Assembly: GCA_002395385.1 (NCBI GenBank)
Contig: DGWW01000300.1
Span: forward strand, 1-54,400
Direction of reading: 5' to 3'
DNA: 54,400 bases
Source of the DNA: Myxococcales bacterium UBA4248
GTDB lineage: Bacteria; Myxococcota_A; Bradymonadia; UBA4248
Each line of letters starts with the position of its first letter. Position 1 is the stretch's first letter. Under the pieces are notes generated by a model. That model was not told the origin of the DNA and did no database searches. It saw only the letters and a program-made list of their open reading frames with translations. The translations under genes were made by a program, and so were the position numbers. This document shows, piece after piece, positions 33,732-44,786 of this stretch.

Positions 33732-34208
33732 CTATAATATCACTCGCCATGCCTCCACAAGACGTTCTAAAGACCACGATGCATTGGCAGGACTCGTCGA
33801 TGGCAAAACGACAGCCTCTCGGTTTATCATTGGCTGTGTATATCGAATATAGTATTTTTGTGCGGTTTTGCCATTCAAATAGATATGTTCGATGCGGGAA
33901 TGATCCAATATATGCGAGAGATCATTCACAACGACTTTTTTCATCGTACTGTCGGCAGATCCCTCTATCTCACAAGAAGCAACCACATCCCAGACAGCCA
34001 GGTAATGCCGAAGTAAAAAAGATTTCTTTTCATCGATGCTCACAGGACAACTATCCTCAAAGATATGGCTCAAAACACGCCAAAAACGATTCTGAGGGTG
34101 CCCGTAAAAAAATAACTGTTCCCGCGACTTCACAGAAGGAAAACTCCCGAGAATGAGCACCCGGGAGTTTTCGTTCCAAACTGGAGCAATAGGGTGCGTG
34201 ACGAACAT
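33732..34208 (-). CDS. Uracil-DNA glycosylase superfamily (DNA-deoxyinosine glycosylase-like)
   Basis: LILGSFPS, YGHPQNRFW, LPSTSPAN; start MFVTHP lies 5 nt from the upstream stop. Confidence 0.88.
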   Translation of the reverse strand: MFVTHPIAPVWNENSRVLILGSFPSVKSREQLFFYGHPQNRFWRVLSHIFEDSCPVSIDEKKSFLLRHYLAVWDVVASCEIEGSADSTMKKVVVNDLSHILDHSRIEHIYLNGKTAQKYYIRYTQPMINREAVVLPSTSPANASWSLERLVEAWRVIL

Positions 34209-34212
34209 GCTA

Positions 34213-36270
34213 CTAAGCCCGCAATGCAATTCCGAGTTTTTTGCGCAGCGTAAAGTACTGCTCACCTGTCGCCCATACGATGAGTGAATTGACGCGTTCT
34301 GATACGGATCGCACACTGATAGGTTTGGCCTCTTCTGCAAGCAGTGCCCCAATGACCGAAGGATCATTACAAAAGAGCAATCCGACACGATTCGCAAACT
34401 CTTCGGCTGACTCAAAATAGAGCTGTGTATTATAATGAGGTGTGCGTTCCTGCATTTCATCGATGATATTGACAAGCGCTGTGCGCTGCGCATCCGTTAT
34501 CTCCTTGACCAGTTTTTTGGCAAGCAACTCCTGATTCTTATCAAGTTCTATGCTTGAATTCGGCCGAATTGTCTTAATAATGGTACGAATAATCAATTCG
34601 ACATTGGCCACACCCTGCTGAAGCAAATAATACTCAGGACGCATGAGCATGAGCGCCTTCGTCGTCATAAAGGCAAGTTCCTGACTGCTTCTCCCCTTAA
34701 GACAATTCGAATGAATTAAAAATGACCTGTCGATAAAATAGGCATTCGTCACACCCGAAAACTGGTCACAACGATAGAGATACGGTACCTCAGCAAAACC
34801 AAGTGCCCCTGTCTCATTGCGAATCACACGATTAAAGGTCGTCCCTTCCGACACATCGAGGAGATCTTTTTTAGGATGAACGCGATAGGTTGAGAATTCA
34901 TTGGCAAAAAGATCCCCCGCAATTTTTGCACACAACTTGAGCAATCGCACCAAATGACCATCGAGTGTCTTCGGAATCATGAGCTGCCATAGGTCATCCG
35001 ACAATTTTTCATGAATCTCTGGAAGGGCGACATCTCTAAATCTTGAAACGATGCTTCTGCATTCCTCATCTTCACATCCCTGCATCTCCAATACACGATA
35101 GCAGCACAGAGATTCATCAAATCCGCCCAGAGAGCGATAATTTCTGGCAAGCTCAAGCAGAACATCTTTATTGTTGGGATTGATGAATACCTTTTCATGA
35201 TATTCTTCCAAAGCCTTATCGATTTCTCCTTCTGCCTCATGCAGTTTCGCAAGAATCTCATGGATTTGAATACTGTCCGGAACCAAACTGCTTGCCGAAT
35301 GATATACACGAATCGCCGCTGGAACGCTCCGAAGGTTCTGAAGACATATCTTTCCTAGACCGAGCTCATAAGCCACGCGTTCAGCAGCATTCATATTTTT
35401 GTCCGTTTTCCCGCGCTCCATCATCGCCACAAAACGCTTTTTAATGCCATTAAAATCCTGAACAGCCTGAAGTTCCTCAATCAATCGCACAAAAACATCG
35501 AGATATTGCGGATCTTTGTCGAGTATTGATTGGTAGATCTCAATCGCTCGATCGTGCAGTCCCTGCTTTTTGCCATAAATCCATGCCTCTTTGCATAAAT
35601 AGGATATTAAATACTCCGACTGGACTGTTTTTAATGTATCCAGCGCAACGAGCGCTGTTTCCCAATCTTCAAGATGCTCTGATACAGCCAGAATGCGTTC
35701 GGCTGCATCTTCAAAAGCAGGATTTTCTGCAATCGCTTCCTGGTAGCATGTCAAAGCATCTTTCTCTCTGTTATAGTAGATGAGATAAACATCGCCGATG
35801 CCTACGAGTAATTCAGCCTTGTTTTCGGATGTGATCATGCCATCCATCCAATGGGACCGCACCCGGCTCACTTCTTCATCCCCTATTGCCAAAGCCTCTT
35901 TCATCTTAATTTCGATATAATTCGAATCGCTGCCATTTGTTCCCAAAATATCGAAACTGTCCATGGATTTGGCACGCTCATTGGCATTCGAATAATCACG
36001 GGCTAGGATTTTATAAATATGATCGACGAGACTCTGTTTGATCTTCTCACGATGAAAAACGAGAAATTCGAGTAATAGACTCGAATCGATCATTTCCGTC
36101 GGTTTCTGAAGCTCTGCATTCACAAGTGAAAATAACGTCTGTACATCCTCATTCGGATCAAAACTATGAGCCGAACGGTAAGCGGCAAATACCGCATCCA
36201 GAGCTTTAATTTGTGGCATCACAGCCTGAATGGTCTGTTCAATCGTCGGTTTGACCTGTGTATTAAGCAT
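34213..36270 (-). CDS. Tetratricopeptide repeat protein
   Basis: Repeated A..cY..A...P helical TPR patterns. Confidence 0.75.
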   Translation of the reverse strand: MLNTQVKPTIEQTIQAVMPQIKALDAVFAAYRSAHSFDPNEDVQTLFSLVNAELQKPTEMIDSSLLLEFLVFHREKIKQSLVDHIYKILARDYSNANERAKSMDSFDILGTNGSDSNYIEIKMKEALAIGDEEVSRVRSHWMDGMITSENKAELLVGIGDVYLIYYNREKDALTCYQEAIAENPAFEDAAERILAVSEHLEDWETALVALDTLKTVQSEYLISYLCKEAWIYGKKQGLHDRAIEIYQSILDKDPQYLDVFVRLIEELQAVQDFNGIKKRFVAMMERGKTDKNMNAAERVAYELGLGKICLQNLRSVPAAIRVYHSASSLVPDSIQIHEILAKLHEAEGEIDKALEEYHEKVFINPNNKDVLLELARNYRSLGGFDESLCCYRVLEMQGCEDEECRSIVSRFRDVALPEIHEKLSDDLWQLMIPKTLDGHLVRLLKLCAKIAGDLFANEFSTYRVHPKKDLLDVSEGTTFNRVIRNETGALGFAEVPYLYRCDQFSGVTNAYFIDRSFLIHSNCLKGRSSQELAFMTTKALMLMRPEYYLLQQGVANVELIIRTIIKTIRPNSSIELDKNQELLAKKLVKEITDAQRTALVNIIDEMQERTPHYNTQLYFESAEEFANRVGLLFCNDPSVIGALLAEEAKPISVRSVSERVNSLIVWATGEQYFTLRKKLGIALRA

Positions 36271-36397
36271 GTATCTTGTCCTTTATAGGTAAAACAAAGA
36301 ATTCCTCTTAAATGAGTGTGTGTTTTTTACGCCTCATTCCTCAAACGCTCAAAACGCTTTCATCGTTACAACTCAGCCGGTGTATGACAATTGTTTA

Positions 36398-36594
36398 ACA
36401 AACGGATTTGCTCAGGATTTTAACCATGAGCAATGAGCAGTTAGCAATGTGCAATGATTCAAACATACTCAAGTCTGTCTCTAAAACATCTGGATTCACG
36501 TCGTCCTTTAGAAATTACCTTGTGAATAACGCATTCATTGCTGACTGCTCATTATGGATGGTGAGCAACATTAGTTGCGGCCAAATCCGTTTGT
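36398..36594. mobile_element. Family B element, long copy with internal heptamer inverted array
   Basis: Perfect TIR ACAAACGGATTTG / CAAATCCGTTTGT; internal ATGAGCA repeats; lone family A end at 36365-36378. Confidence 0.6.
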
Positions 36595-36671
36595 AAAAAA
36601 TATAAACATTTTCCGGCCTGTTGATTAGTAACCTTTCCTCTTACTATAGCCCAGAAAATCCCTGGTAATTC

Positions 36672-37580
36672 CTAATTACACAAAAGCGGTTGTTTAATCT
36701 GGCTAATATCCTTTTTGGGAGGTGCCCCAAAATACCGATGATACTCGCGCGAGAATTGAGAAGCACTCTCGTAACCGACGACATACGCCGCATGGTTCGC
36801 ATCGAGATTCTCCGTCAGCATTAAACGCCGAGCCTCAATTAAACGCAATCGTTTTTGAAACTGAATCGGTGTCATCGCCGTTAATTTTCGAAAATGCTGA
36901 TTAAAAGTCGATGGACTCATGCCCGCCATCGCCGCTAGCTTCGAAACAGGGACGGACTGGTGATAATTCTCATGCAACCAGTTGACTGTCCGACGTATCT
37001 GATCCTGAACCCCAGAATTGACCGTCAACTTTCGAAGCTGCATTCCCTGCGGACCAGACAAAAGACGATAGTAAATCTCATGCAAAATCAATGGTTTTAA
37101 TACCGGTATATCTTTCGGCACATCCAACAATTTTATCAAACGAATAAACGCATCCAGCAAATCCGAATCGACGGAAGTAACCATCAACGGACCAGAACTC
37201 GCCTGCTCCACCAATTCCGACGGAATCTCAGCCATAAGGCGCGACAGTAAGTTCAAATCAAACTGAAAAACCAACGCCAAAAAAGGATGCTCTTGCGTCA
37301 TGCCGAACGGCTGCGCAATCACCGGAACATCCCGTGATGACACAAGATAATGGTTCTCATCATACACGATCGACTCTCCGCCAACCATCAGACGCTTGGC
37401 CCCCTGAACAATCATACACAAACTGGGAACATAACACGTAGATATCGGACGATTATCACTGTGCACCTGAACAAAATACAAACCTTCTATGGGAGTTTCG
37501 AACCGCTCTGCATCCGAAATCCAACGCATAATCAACGATTTCAGAACTTTCCGTTTTTCACTCACTTCCACATCATTCAT
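36672..37580 (-). CDS. AraC family transcriptional regulator (YqhC-like)
   Basis: PSLCMIVQGAK N-terminal domain; AGMSPSTF..HF, VGYESASQFSREY; GGAG RBS. Confidence 0.92.
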   Translation of the reverse strand: MNDVEVSEKRKVLKSLIMRWISDAERFETPIEGLYFVQVHSDNRPISTCYVPSLCMIVQGAKRLMVGGESIVYDENHYLVSSRDVPVIAQPFGMTQEHPFLALVFQFDLNLLSRLMAEIPSELVEQASSGPLMVTSVDSDLLDAFIRLIKLLDVPKDIPVLKPLILHEIYYRLLSGPQGMQLRKLTVNSGVQDQIRRTVNWLHENYHQSVPVSKLAAMAGMSPSTFNQHFRKLTAMTPIQFQKRLRLIEARRLMLTENLDANHAAYVVGYESASQFSREYHRYFGAPPKKDISQIKQPLLCN

Positions 37581-37767
37581 AGCATTCTCCCGGCTATTAT
37601 AAGGAAAACAGCGGTTATTTTTACCATAGGTCAACCACAATCGCAATCAATTTGCCTAAATCAGGCATTATTTTTAACAACTTACGATACTTTTGGGCAA
37701 TAAATTCATAACAGAACCTTTCTATATCATGTAAAATAGAACAGACGCGCTTTGCTGCGTCTGTTCC

Positions 37768-37831
37768 GGGCTATCTCACTTTCGTTCGATACGCCCTTTG
37801 TGTTCGCCTATTGCCTTCGGCAATACGGCTC
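37768..37831. repeat. Family H element
   Basis: GGGCTATC..GATACGCCC; GCCTATTGCC ttc GGCAATACGGC. Confidence 0.7.
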
Positions 37832-37869
37832 ACAATCTCATCATGCGACCTTTGTCACACAAGAACAAC

Positions 37870-40476
37870 ATGAACAATCCTGCCCCAATTCAACAGCCAA
37901 TTGATCCCCAAAACCGTGCAATCGACACCGTTGACAACTCAATTCCACCAAAGCCATCAGCAGAGCCAACCCAAAATGCAATCATTCAAACACCTGCTGC
38001 CCTGCAAAATCATTATCTTTTTCTCAAAGAACTCGGACACGGTGCTCAGGCTAAAATATTTCTCGCACTGCGGCTCGAAGATCAACAGACCGTCACGATC
38101 AAACAACTCAATATCGGTTCGGTAAAGACCTGGAAAGAATACGACCTGTTCCAGCGCGAAGCTAAAGTACTCGAAACCATAAAAGTACCCGGTGTTGCCA
38201 GGTTTTATGAAGCCATCGACTGTCTCGAAGCCAATCCGCCAGCCTCCTACATTGTTCAGGAATTCATCGAAGGCGCATCACTCGCCCAAATGCTCAAATC
38301 CGGACACCGATTCAAAGTTAGTGAGATTTACGATATCATCATCCAGCTGCTCAAGATTCTTCAAAAATTGCATGCAATGACTCCGCCTGTCATTCATCGT
38401 GATATCAAACCTTCGAATATCATGATTACACCACAAAAGGACGGCAGCTACAAAGTCACCCTCATCGATTTTGGTGCCGTTGCCAACCCCCAGGTGCAGA
38501 GCGGTGGTTCGACTGTTGCAGGAACATTTGGCTACATGCCACCCGAACAGCTCATGGGCCATCCCGAACCCTGCAGCGATCTCTATGCACTCGCTGCTGT
38601 AACGGTCGAACTTTTTACAGGAAAATCACCTGCAGTACTCCCACAAAAGGATTTCAGACTTATCTTCGAACCGGATATGGAACAATTTCCGCCGGCTTTG
38701 ATCAGCATTCTACGCAAAATGCTCGAGCCCAAGACAGAAGATCGATTCAAGGATATCCAAAGTATTATCGAAACATTCGAGCAGTTTAAGACGAATAACT
38801 TCGATCTCAAAAACATCAAGGATTCGGACATCGATCGCAACCAACAGTTGAATGAAAGAATTAAGGCAATTCAATCCATCGGGGAAGACGGAAACATGGA
38901 GATCTGGCAAGGACTATCCGACTCTACCCCAAGAGCAGTCCCGGATGCCATCTTCACATACTTTTCAAACATAAAAAAACATCATAACACCAAAGACCTT
39001 AATAACTATCATGCAGAGTTAAATGACGATAGTTATAATTCTATGGCTAAAATTTTAATGGTTTTCTTCACATTCATCAGCCTGTTGACAGCCTTAATTT
39101 GTATACAAGAAAATTCTTCTTTTATTGGCATTGCTTTTTTGGCTTCATTCTTTATTTTTCTAATAATGACGATCAAGATATTTAAAAAGAAAAAATCACC
39201 CAGCGATATTGAAATGAAATTGCTTTTTGACCCTTATTCTAGTAATGCAAAAACGCCAGAAGGCCCCATTGAAACGATCTTTAATCTCATAAAAAATGGT
39301 AGAAAAACAATCGCCACCATTACAAGTATTGAATATATTGAGCTCGACGACAAAGATATCTCGCAAGAAAATGGGCTTTATATTTGCAACACGCCTTCAT
39401 TTTATATCAAATATAAATTTAATCCCCCCGACGACAGCAAATCCGAAGATCTCATTCATCGATGTATCGTACATACCGCTCCCGAGAATCATTATAAAGT
39501 CGGCGACCCACTGCCAATCCTGTACACACTCGATAAACAATATTTCGGCGAGTTGATTGCGAGCATTCCCTTTCCATTCCCACTCGCTGAATATGATATG
39601 AATCATTTAATACACACACAACAAAATTATTTAAATCAAGACATTTCTAAAGACTTGGAATCACTTCAAAATACTTTTGAATACAAAGAACATCTTATGC
39701 CAATCCTTAAAAGTCTGAACAACCCAGGGCGTTTGGCAGAAGAATTGAAAGATCATGCATGGCTCATCGAAAAGGATTGTCTACCCCCTCTGCTAAACCT
39801 TGCATCCCAGTTGCTCAGCCAAAAAGATGAAACCATTCACTTCGCACTCATGTCCTCTTTATCCTGCTCTATCCACTACAGTAATGAGAAATCTTCGCAA
39901 ATCATAAGCAGTTTCATCATCGACTATCTGCAAACACCGCAATCCATTACAGTCGGAGCAATCAAAGGCATATTTGATATAAAAGGTACATCTTATTGTG
40001 ATTTTTCAGAAGAACTCACCCAGACGATATTCAACCTATATAAAAATCCCAAAACACCAGATACAATCAAATCAGCCATTCTCGAAAATATCAGGATACC
40101 ACTTAAACATGCCAAAATCATGTTCAGCGATCCACAGCTAACTCCGTTGTACACTCAGTTTTTTGCCGGATGGCACTGCAAACTGGGCACACCTGATGAA
40201 GGTCGCCAAGAGGCACACCACCGAGCCATGGCAACCTATTATAACATCTGCATGGGCCAAAATCCCAAGAGAGACAAACTTGTCTTCGATAAAATTTGGA
40301 ACAATGTCTATTTTTGGAAAACGATTCCAAATGAGTTTTGGAACGCCTATTTTGAAGTTTATGACAAAGCCTATCCGGAACTTCAAGAACACATGAAACA
40401 ACTTCGTGCTTTATCCGCGAAACAAGTTCCCGTTGGCACACTCGCACGCCTCAAGATGATTGGTGCGAAATTTTAA
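37870..40476 (+). CDS. Ser/Thr protein kinase (paralog 2)
   Basis: Same motifs as 23715-26213 with long identical peptides; two TM helices; start MNNPAP assumed. Confidence 0.88.
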   Translation: MNNPAPIQQPIDPQNRAIDTVDNSIPPKPSAEPTQNAIIQTPAALQNHYLFLKELGHGAQAKIFLALRLEDQQTVTIKQLNIGSVKTWKEYDLFQREAKVLETIKVPGVARFYEAIDCLEANPPASYIVQEFIEGASLAQMLKSGHRFKVSEIYDIIIQLLKILQKLHAMTPPVIHRDIKPSNIMITPQKDGSYKVTLIDFGAVANPQVQSGGSTVAGTFGYMPPEQLMGHPEPCSDLYALAAVTVELFTGKSPAVLPQKDFRLIFEPDMEQFPPALISILRKMLEPKTEDRFKDIQSIIETFEQFKTNNFDLKNIKDSDIDRNQQLNERIKAIQSIGEDGNMEIWQGLSDSTPRAVPDAIFTYFSNIKKHHNTKDLNNYHAELNDDSYNSMAKILMVFFTFISLLTALICIQENSSFIGIAFLASFFIFLIMTIKIFKKKKSPSDIEMKLLFDPYSSNAKTPEGPIETIFNLIKNGRKTIATITSIEYIELDDKDISQENGLYICNTPSFYIKYKFNPPDDSKSEDLIHRCIVHTAPENHYKVGDPLPILYTLDKQYFGELIASIPFPFPLAEYDMNHLIHTQQNYLNQDISKDLESLQNTFEYKEHLMPILKSLNNPGRLAEELKDHAWLIEKDCLPPLLNLASQLLSQKDETIHFALMSSLSCSIHYSNEKSSQIISSFIIDYLQTPQSITVGAIKGIFDIKGTSYCDFSEELTQTIFNLYKNPKTPDTIKSAILENIRIPLKHAKIMFSDPQLTPLYTQFFAGWHCKLGTPDEGRQEAHHRAMATYYNICMGQNPKRDKLVFDKIWNNVYFWKTIPNEFWNAYFEVYDKAYPELQEHMKQLRALSAKQVPVGTLARLKMIGAKF

Positions 40477-41824
40477 TCGAATTTCCCCAAATGTCTACAA
40501 TGCAAATGCCGATATCTGATGCATGCTCAGGTACTGGATACGTTCCCAATACCAGAGCATTCCTCCCGGGAATATCATATACCGAAGGTTTAAACACCTC
40601 ACCATTATAGTGCCAGTCGATATAAATGGCATCGACAAACCATCGCCAATCGTATTTTTTAGAGTGAATATGCATTCGATGTAAAGACGACTGTTCGATT
40701 TGACCGTCGATCATCAGCATTCCGTGTGACGATGAGCACTTCACTATCCATGGCTGCTGATTATCTGTAGTATTATACGTATCATCCAAATATATACCAA
40801 ATGCAGCAGAATGTTCTTCTGGCATACATTGCAGCAACCGTTTGGTAGTCATTTGAATCGCCCGTCGATTCGAATCGATACCAATAAAACGTCTTCCTTC
40901 TTTTTGGGCAACGGCCAATGCTGTCCCACACCCCATAAACGCATCTAAAATGATATCGTCCTCATCCGTCGAGGATTGTATCATGCGCTGTAAGAGTTCT
41001 TCGGGTTTTTGCGTTGGATACCCCGTGCGTTCGCGCGCCATCGGATTGATAATCGGTATATTCCAGACATCGCTCAGGGGTTTGCCTTCCATTTGGGCAT
41101 AGTGGACTTTGTATTTGCCCGATGCTATCTTTTTTTTGACAATCGGTTTTTCAGGATCATAGACGACAAGCCCCTTTGGGCCATACCCACCACCTATCAG
41201 GTAGCCTTTTTTGTATTTATTTCTTAAATTCTCTGTGATGTGTTTTTGTGCATAAAATTTAGGATGGTTCGTCTTCCCATAAACTAGAATCGTATCGTGA
41301 TTTCTCTGAAATCCCACAACTGATTTGGCCGTCCATTTCTCATAATGCCAGACAATTTCATTGATAAACTGTTCATTCCCAAAGACTTCATCCATCATAC
41401 ATCGAATGAGATAATTGCGCTTAGGATCACAATGGACATAAATGGTACCATCTTCCCTAAGCAATTCCCGGCACACGATGAGCCTTTCATAAATAAACTG
41501 CAAATAAGCATCTTTAGACCAGCTATCTGCAAACTGTACTTGTTCAATGGGTTGGTGCTTAGAGACGCCATGCAAAGAGATGCGCATTTTATAATCGGTG
41601 TCGCTGTCAAACGGCGGATCCAAATATATCATCTGGATTTGATTGCGATATTCATCCAACAAATGAATCATCACCTGCAAATTGTCGCCACAATACAGAC
41701 GATGATTGGTTGCACGTTCAGAATCCCCCAATGATGACCGCAATTTAAAAGAACTGGAACCTGTCAACTCCGGAACATGTTTGTTCTGCCAATGTATCTG
41801 AAACATTTCTTGTATTGAGGACAT
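40451..41824 (-). CDS. Beta-class N6A/N4C DNA methyltransferase (Mod-like), no cognate nuclease nearby
   Basis: GDNL, YLDPPF, YPTQKPE, LDAFMGCGT (motif IV precedes motif I). Confidence 0.88.
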   Translation of the reverse strand: MSSIQEMFQIHWQNKHVPELTGSSSFKLRSSLGDSERATNHRLYCGDNLQVMIHLLDEYRNQIQMIYLDPPFDSDTDYKMRISLHGVSKHQPIEQVQFADSWSKDAYLQFIYERLIVCRELLREDGTIYVHCDPKRNYLIRCMMDEVFGNEQFINEIVWHYEKWTAKSVVGFQRNHDTILVYGKTNHPKFYAQKHITENLRNKYKKGYLIGGGYGPKGLVVYDPEKPIVKKKIASGKYKVHYAQMEGKPLSDVWNIPIINPMARERTGYPTQKPEELLQRMIQSSTDEDDIILDAFMGCGTALAVAQKEGRRFIGIDSNRRAIQMTTKRLLQCMPEEHSAAFGIYLDDTYNTTDNQQPWIVKCSSSHGMLMIDGQIEQSSLHRMHIHSKKYDWRWFVDAIYIDWHYNGEVFKPSVYDIPGRNALVLGTYPVPEHASDIGICIVDIWGNSIKISHQSS

Positions 41825-41842
41825 CCTTTTCGCCTTGTTTTG

Positions 41843-41935
41843 CATTCCGAATTCGGAATTCCGCATTCCGAATTAAAACGGCGCGTATGCAATAGCGCCG
41901 TGCGAAAGACGTATTCGGCGCAGCCGAATAGTCTT
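41843..41935. repeat. Heptamer array (ATTCCGA) followed by a family H element
   Basis: cattccgaattcggaattccgcattccgaatt; CGGCGC-G-TAT gca ATA-GCGCCG; AAGAC-G-TATTCGGC gca GCCGAATA-GTCTT. Confidence 0.7.
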
Positions 41936-41955
41936 CGCCCCTCATCATTAAAAAG

Positions 41956-43380
41956 CTAAGCGATTTTTTTCATCCAGCGCTTTCCGGACAGACGAATGAG
42001 GAAGACGGTACCACGGGCACACAATTCGAGGCACATGGCAATCCAGACGCCGCGCAGTCCCATGCCCATGGGAGCGGACAAATACCACGACAATGGCAGA
42101 CGAACGATCCACATGCTGCCAAAATTCATGATGCTCGGAATGAGCGTGTCGCCGGCACCGCGGAAGGCTCCATTCGCCACAATTGCTGCTGCATACAACG
42201 GCTCTGCAAAAGCCTCAATCCGAAGCACCGCAGTCCCAAGTTCACGAATTTCGGGCACGGGCGAAAGCAATCCAATCATTTGGGGGGCATAAATGTACAT
42301 CAAAACGCCCGTACAAGTCATCAGGCCGACGCCGAGCCCCGTATTCATCCATGCAAGACTGCGAGCCAAATCTGGGCGTTTCGCGCCGATGCTCTGACCG
42401 ATCATCGTCGAGGCCGCCGAAGCAATGCCGTAACCGGGCATGTAACAGAGGCTTTCGGCAGTAATCGACAGCGAATGAGATGCAATTGCAATACTTCCGA
42501 GCGGTGCCACGATGAACGTCGACATGACGTATGCCCCGCACACGAGCACCTGTTCAATGCCGACGGGAACAGCCAGTTTTAATGCGGTTTTCAGCTCACT
42601 GCGGCTAAATGTGAGCGGTTCATTTTTGCGCAGGTGAAGCGGTTTAGATCGAAACAGAAGCATCATCAGCATGAGGCTTGCAATGATATATTCCGTAATT
42701 GCGGTGCCAAGTGCGGCCCCGGGCACCCCCAGTCCCGCGCCAGGCAACGAAAACACGCCATCGATGCCGATCGTGCCCGAAGGAAAGATCAGCAAAGCAT
42801 TGAAGCCCACATCCAAAAAGCACGAAAGCACATTGAGAATGCTCGGGGTTTTCATGTCGCCGCTGGCCTGCAGCAATCCCCCGGCCATCGAATTCATCTG
42901 AAACGCCGGAAGCGTGAGCATAAAAATGAGGAAATAGCTCGACGCATCGTGATGCAGCGCAGTATCGGAGCTGAGCCAGCCGGGCAGAAACAGGCTGATC
43001 GACACGGCAATCAGCGTCAGCACCAGGCTGTACAAAAGCGTGATCGTCAGTCCCTGCTTCATGATGCCACGTGCGCCGCGTTCGTCTTTGGCACCTATTT
43101 TTTGCGCAGCCTGAATCGTAAATCCCGACGTGGCCGCCATCGTGATGCCGCCGAACAGCCAGGTCGTCGTCGCCACTAACCCAATCGAAGCTGTTGCATT
43201 GGCCCCCAGATGACCGACCATCGAGGCATCGATATACTCCATGACAATCGATGAAACCTGGGCGAGCATGGCTGGCAAAGCCAGCTTAAAAGCGAGCATC
43301 AGCTTTTGCTTCGCGGTAAAATTGTCACCATTTTGCAGCCGTGCAAGAAGTGCTTCGCTGCTGTTTTCCTTATTTCCCAT
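41956..43380 (-). CDS. MATE family efflux transporter
   Basis: LALPAML, D.SMVGHLG, GDMKTP, GAALGT, RGAGDT; multiple TM helices. Confidence 0.92.
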   Translation of the reverse strand: MGNKENSSEALLARLQNGDNFTAKQKLMLAFKLALPAMLAQVSSIVMEYIDASMVGHLGANATASIGLVATTTWLFGGITMAATSGFTIQAAQKIGAKDERGARGIMKQGLTITLLYSLVLTLIAVSISLFLPGWLSSDTALHHDASSYFLIFMLTLPAFQMNSMAGGLLQASGDMKTPSILNVLSCFLDVGFNALLIFPSGTIGIDGVFSLPGAGLGVPGAALGTAITEYIIASLMLMMLLFRSKPLHLRKNEPLTFSRSELKTALKLAVPVGIEQVLVCGAYVMSTFIVAPLGSIAIASHSLSITAESLCYMPGYGIASAASTMIGQSIGAKRPDLARSLAWMNTGLGVGLMTCTGVLMYIYAPQMIGLLSPVPEIRELGTAVLRIEAFAEPLYAAAIVANGAFRGAGDTLIPSIMNFGSMWIVRLPLSWYLSAPMGMGLRGVWIAMCLELCARGTVFLIRLSGKRWMKKIA

Positions 43381-43625
43381 ATATAACCGGATAATTCATA
43401 ATGGTACGCGTATCGCCTGACGGATGACTCTTTCCGAATCAGGCGGTGCGTGTTTATGATTCCATTAAAAAAAAAGCAAGCCATGCACACAAAATTCACA
43501 GTATGTATGTCACCATTAAAATGTTACAACGCCCCTGGCAGATACACATGGCATAAGGCCATGCATGTCTCAGCCTCATAGTCACTCAAACCGAAGTTTT
43601 AGCTTGAGAAAATTGGAGTCATACC

Positions 43626-44243
43626 ATGAAAAGAATGATGATATGTTTTTGTGCCATTGCAATCGTGACCACACTTTCGGCCTGCAAATGCGAAGAACCA
43701 CAGTGCCCCGCATGCAACTGCCCTGCGGAGGCATGCCAGGAAGCGCCTGCCATTGCACCTAAAGCCCCCGATCAAGCGGCTCCTCAAAAAGCGGACGCGC
43801 CAAAAGCAGCAGCCAAAGAAACACCTGCTGCAGAACGCGATCTCGAAGGTCAAAAAGAAGTTTTCGATTTTATGAAAAAACAAAAAACGTATTATCTTGC
43901 AACCGTAGAAAATGACCAGCCACGTGTGCGCCCCTTTGGTACAGTAGAAATTTTCGAAGGCAATTTATATATACAAACCGGACGCAAAAAGAATGTCTCT
44001 CATCAGATTGAAGAAAATGGCAAAATAGAATTGTGTACCTTCGATGGCGAGCGTTGGCTGCGGCTGGCTGCGACAGCCGTTGCTGACGACAGAATTGAAG
44101 CTCAGACACACATGCTCGATGCCTATCCCGATTTGAAAAAGATGTACCAGCCCGGGGATGGCAATACCGTCGTCTATAAACTCGTCGATGTCACAGCAAC
44201 ATTTCATTCTTTTGGGGCTGAACCACGCGTCATTCGATTCTAA
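43626..44243 (+). CDS. Pyridoxamine 5'-phosphate oxidase-like (NimC/NimA-like) domain with lipoprotein leader
   Basis: YYLATVENDQPRVRPFG; lipobox LSAC plus Pro/Ala linker. Confidence 0.8.
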   Translation: MKRMMICFCAIAIVTTLSACKCEEPQCPACNCPAEACQEAPAIAPKAPDQAAPQKADAPKAAAKETPAAERDLEGQKEVFDFMKKQKTYYLATVENDQPRVRPFGTVEIFEGNLYIQTGRKKNVSHQIEENGKIELCTFDGERWLRLAATAVADDRIEAQTHMLDAYPDLKKMYQPGDGNTVVYKLVDVTATFHSFGAEPRVIRF

Positions 44244-44677
44244 TCATCACCGACTTGTCTGGTAATCAATGCATAGGTGGGCAAACCAACGCATACCAAT
44301 CCCATGATGCCCAGGATGATCGCAAGGATATAAAACTTTTTTTTCTCTGTCATTTGGCCGGGATCATCCGGGTTAACGAGAACATTTGCCGTCGAATTGG
44401 ATGGTTGGCGTTTTCCTTTATAATACGTTGGATGCTCATATTGCTTCCCTTCGTAGGTATATTGGATGGTACCATCACAGCGGTACTCGTATTTTCCTTT
44501 TTTCTTATCGTTGCTGAAATGACGATCACATTGATTGTATGTATAACTGGCGGGTACCTCGACCCACCCGGCATGCGTATTTTTGTGAAAAAGCCAAATG
44601 AAAATGGAAAGGCTCAAAAGGAAAATGCCTAAACCAATACAAATCAATGTTCGCTTTTTGCTGTTCAATTCCATCAT
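44240..44677 (-). CDS. DUF3592-like membrane protein
   Basis: TM, then YTYEGKQY..VLVNPDDP, then TM. Confidence 0.65.
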   Translation of the reverse strand: MMELNSKKRTLICIGLGIFLLSLSIFIWLFHKNTHAGWVEVPASYTYNQCDRHFSNDKKKGKYEYRCDGTIQYTYEGKQYEHPTYYKGKRQPSNSTANVLVNPDDPGQMTEKKKFYILAIILGIMGLVCVGLPTYALITRQVGDD

Positions 44678-44786
44678 CCAGCTCCCATAACAATTTTTTG
44701 CTGACAAAAGCAATCTCTAAGTCGTAAATAAACCTGCCCGATGAAGGGCGATATGTAGTTATATCTGTTCAGAAGTACGTAAAACA

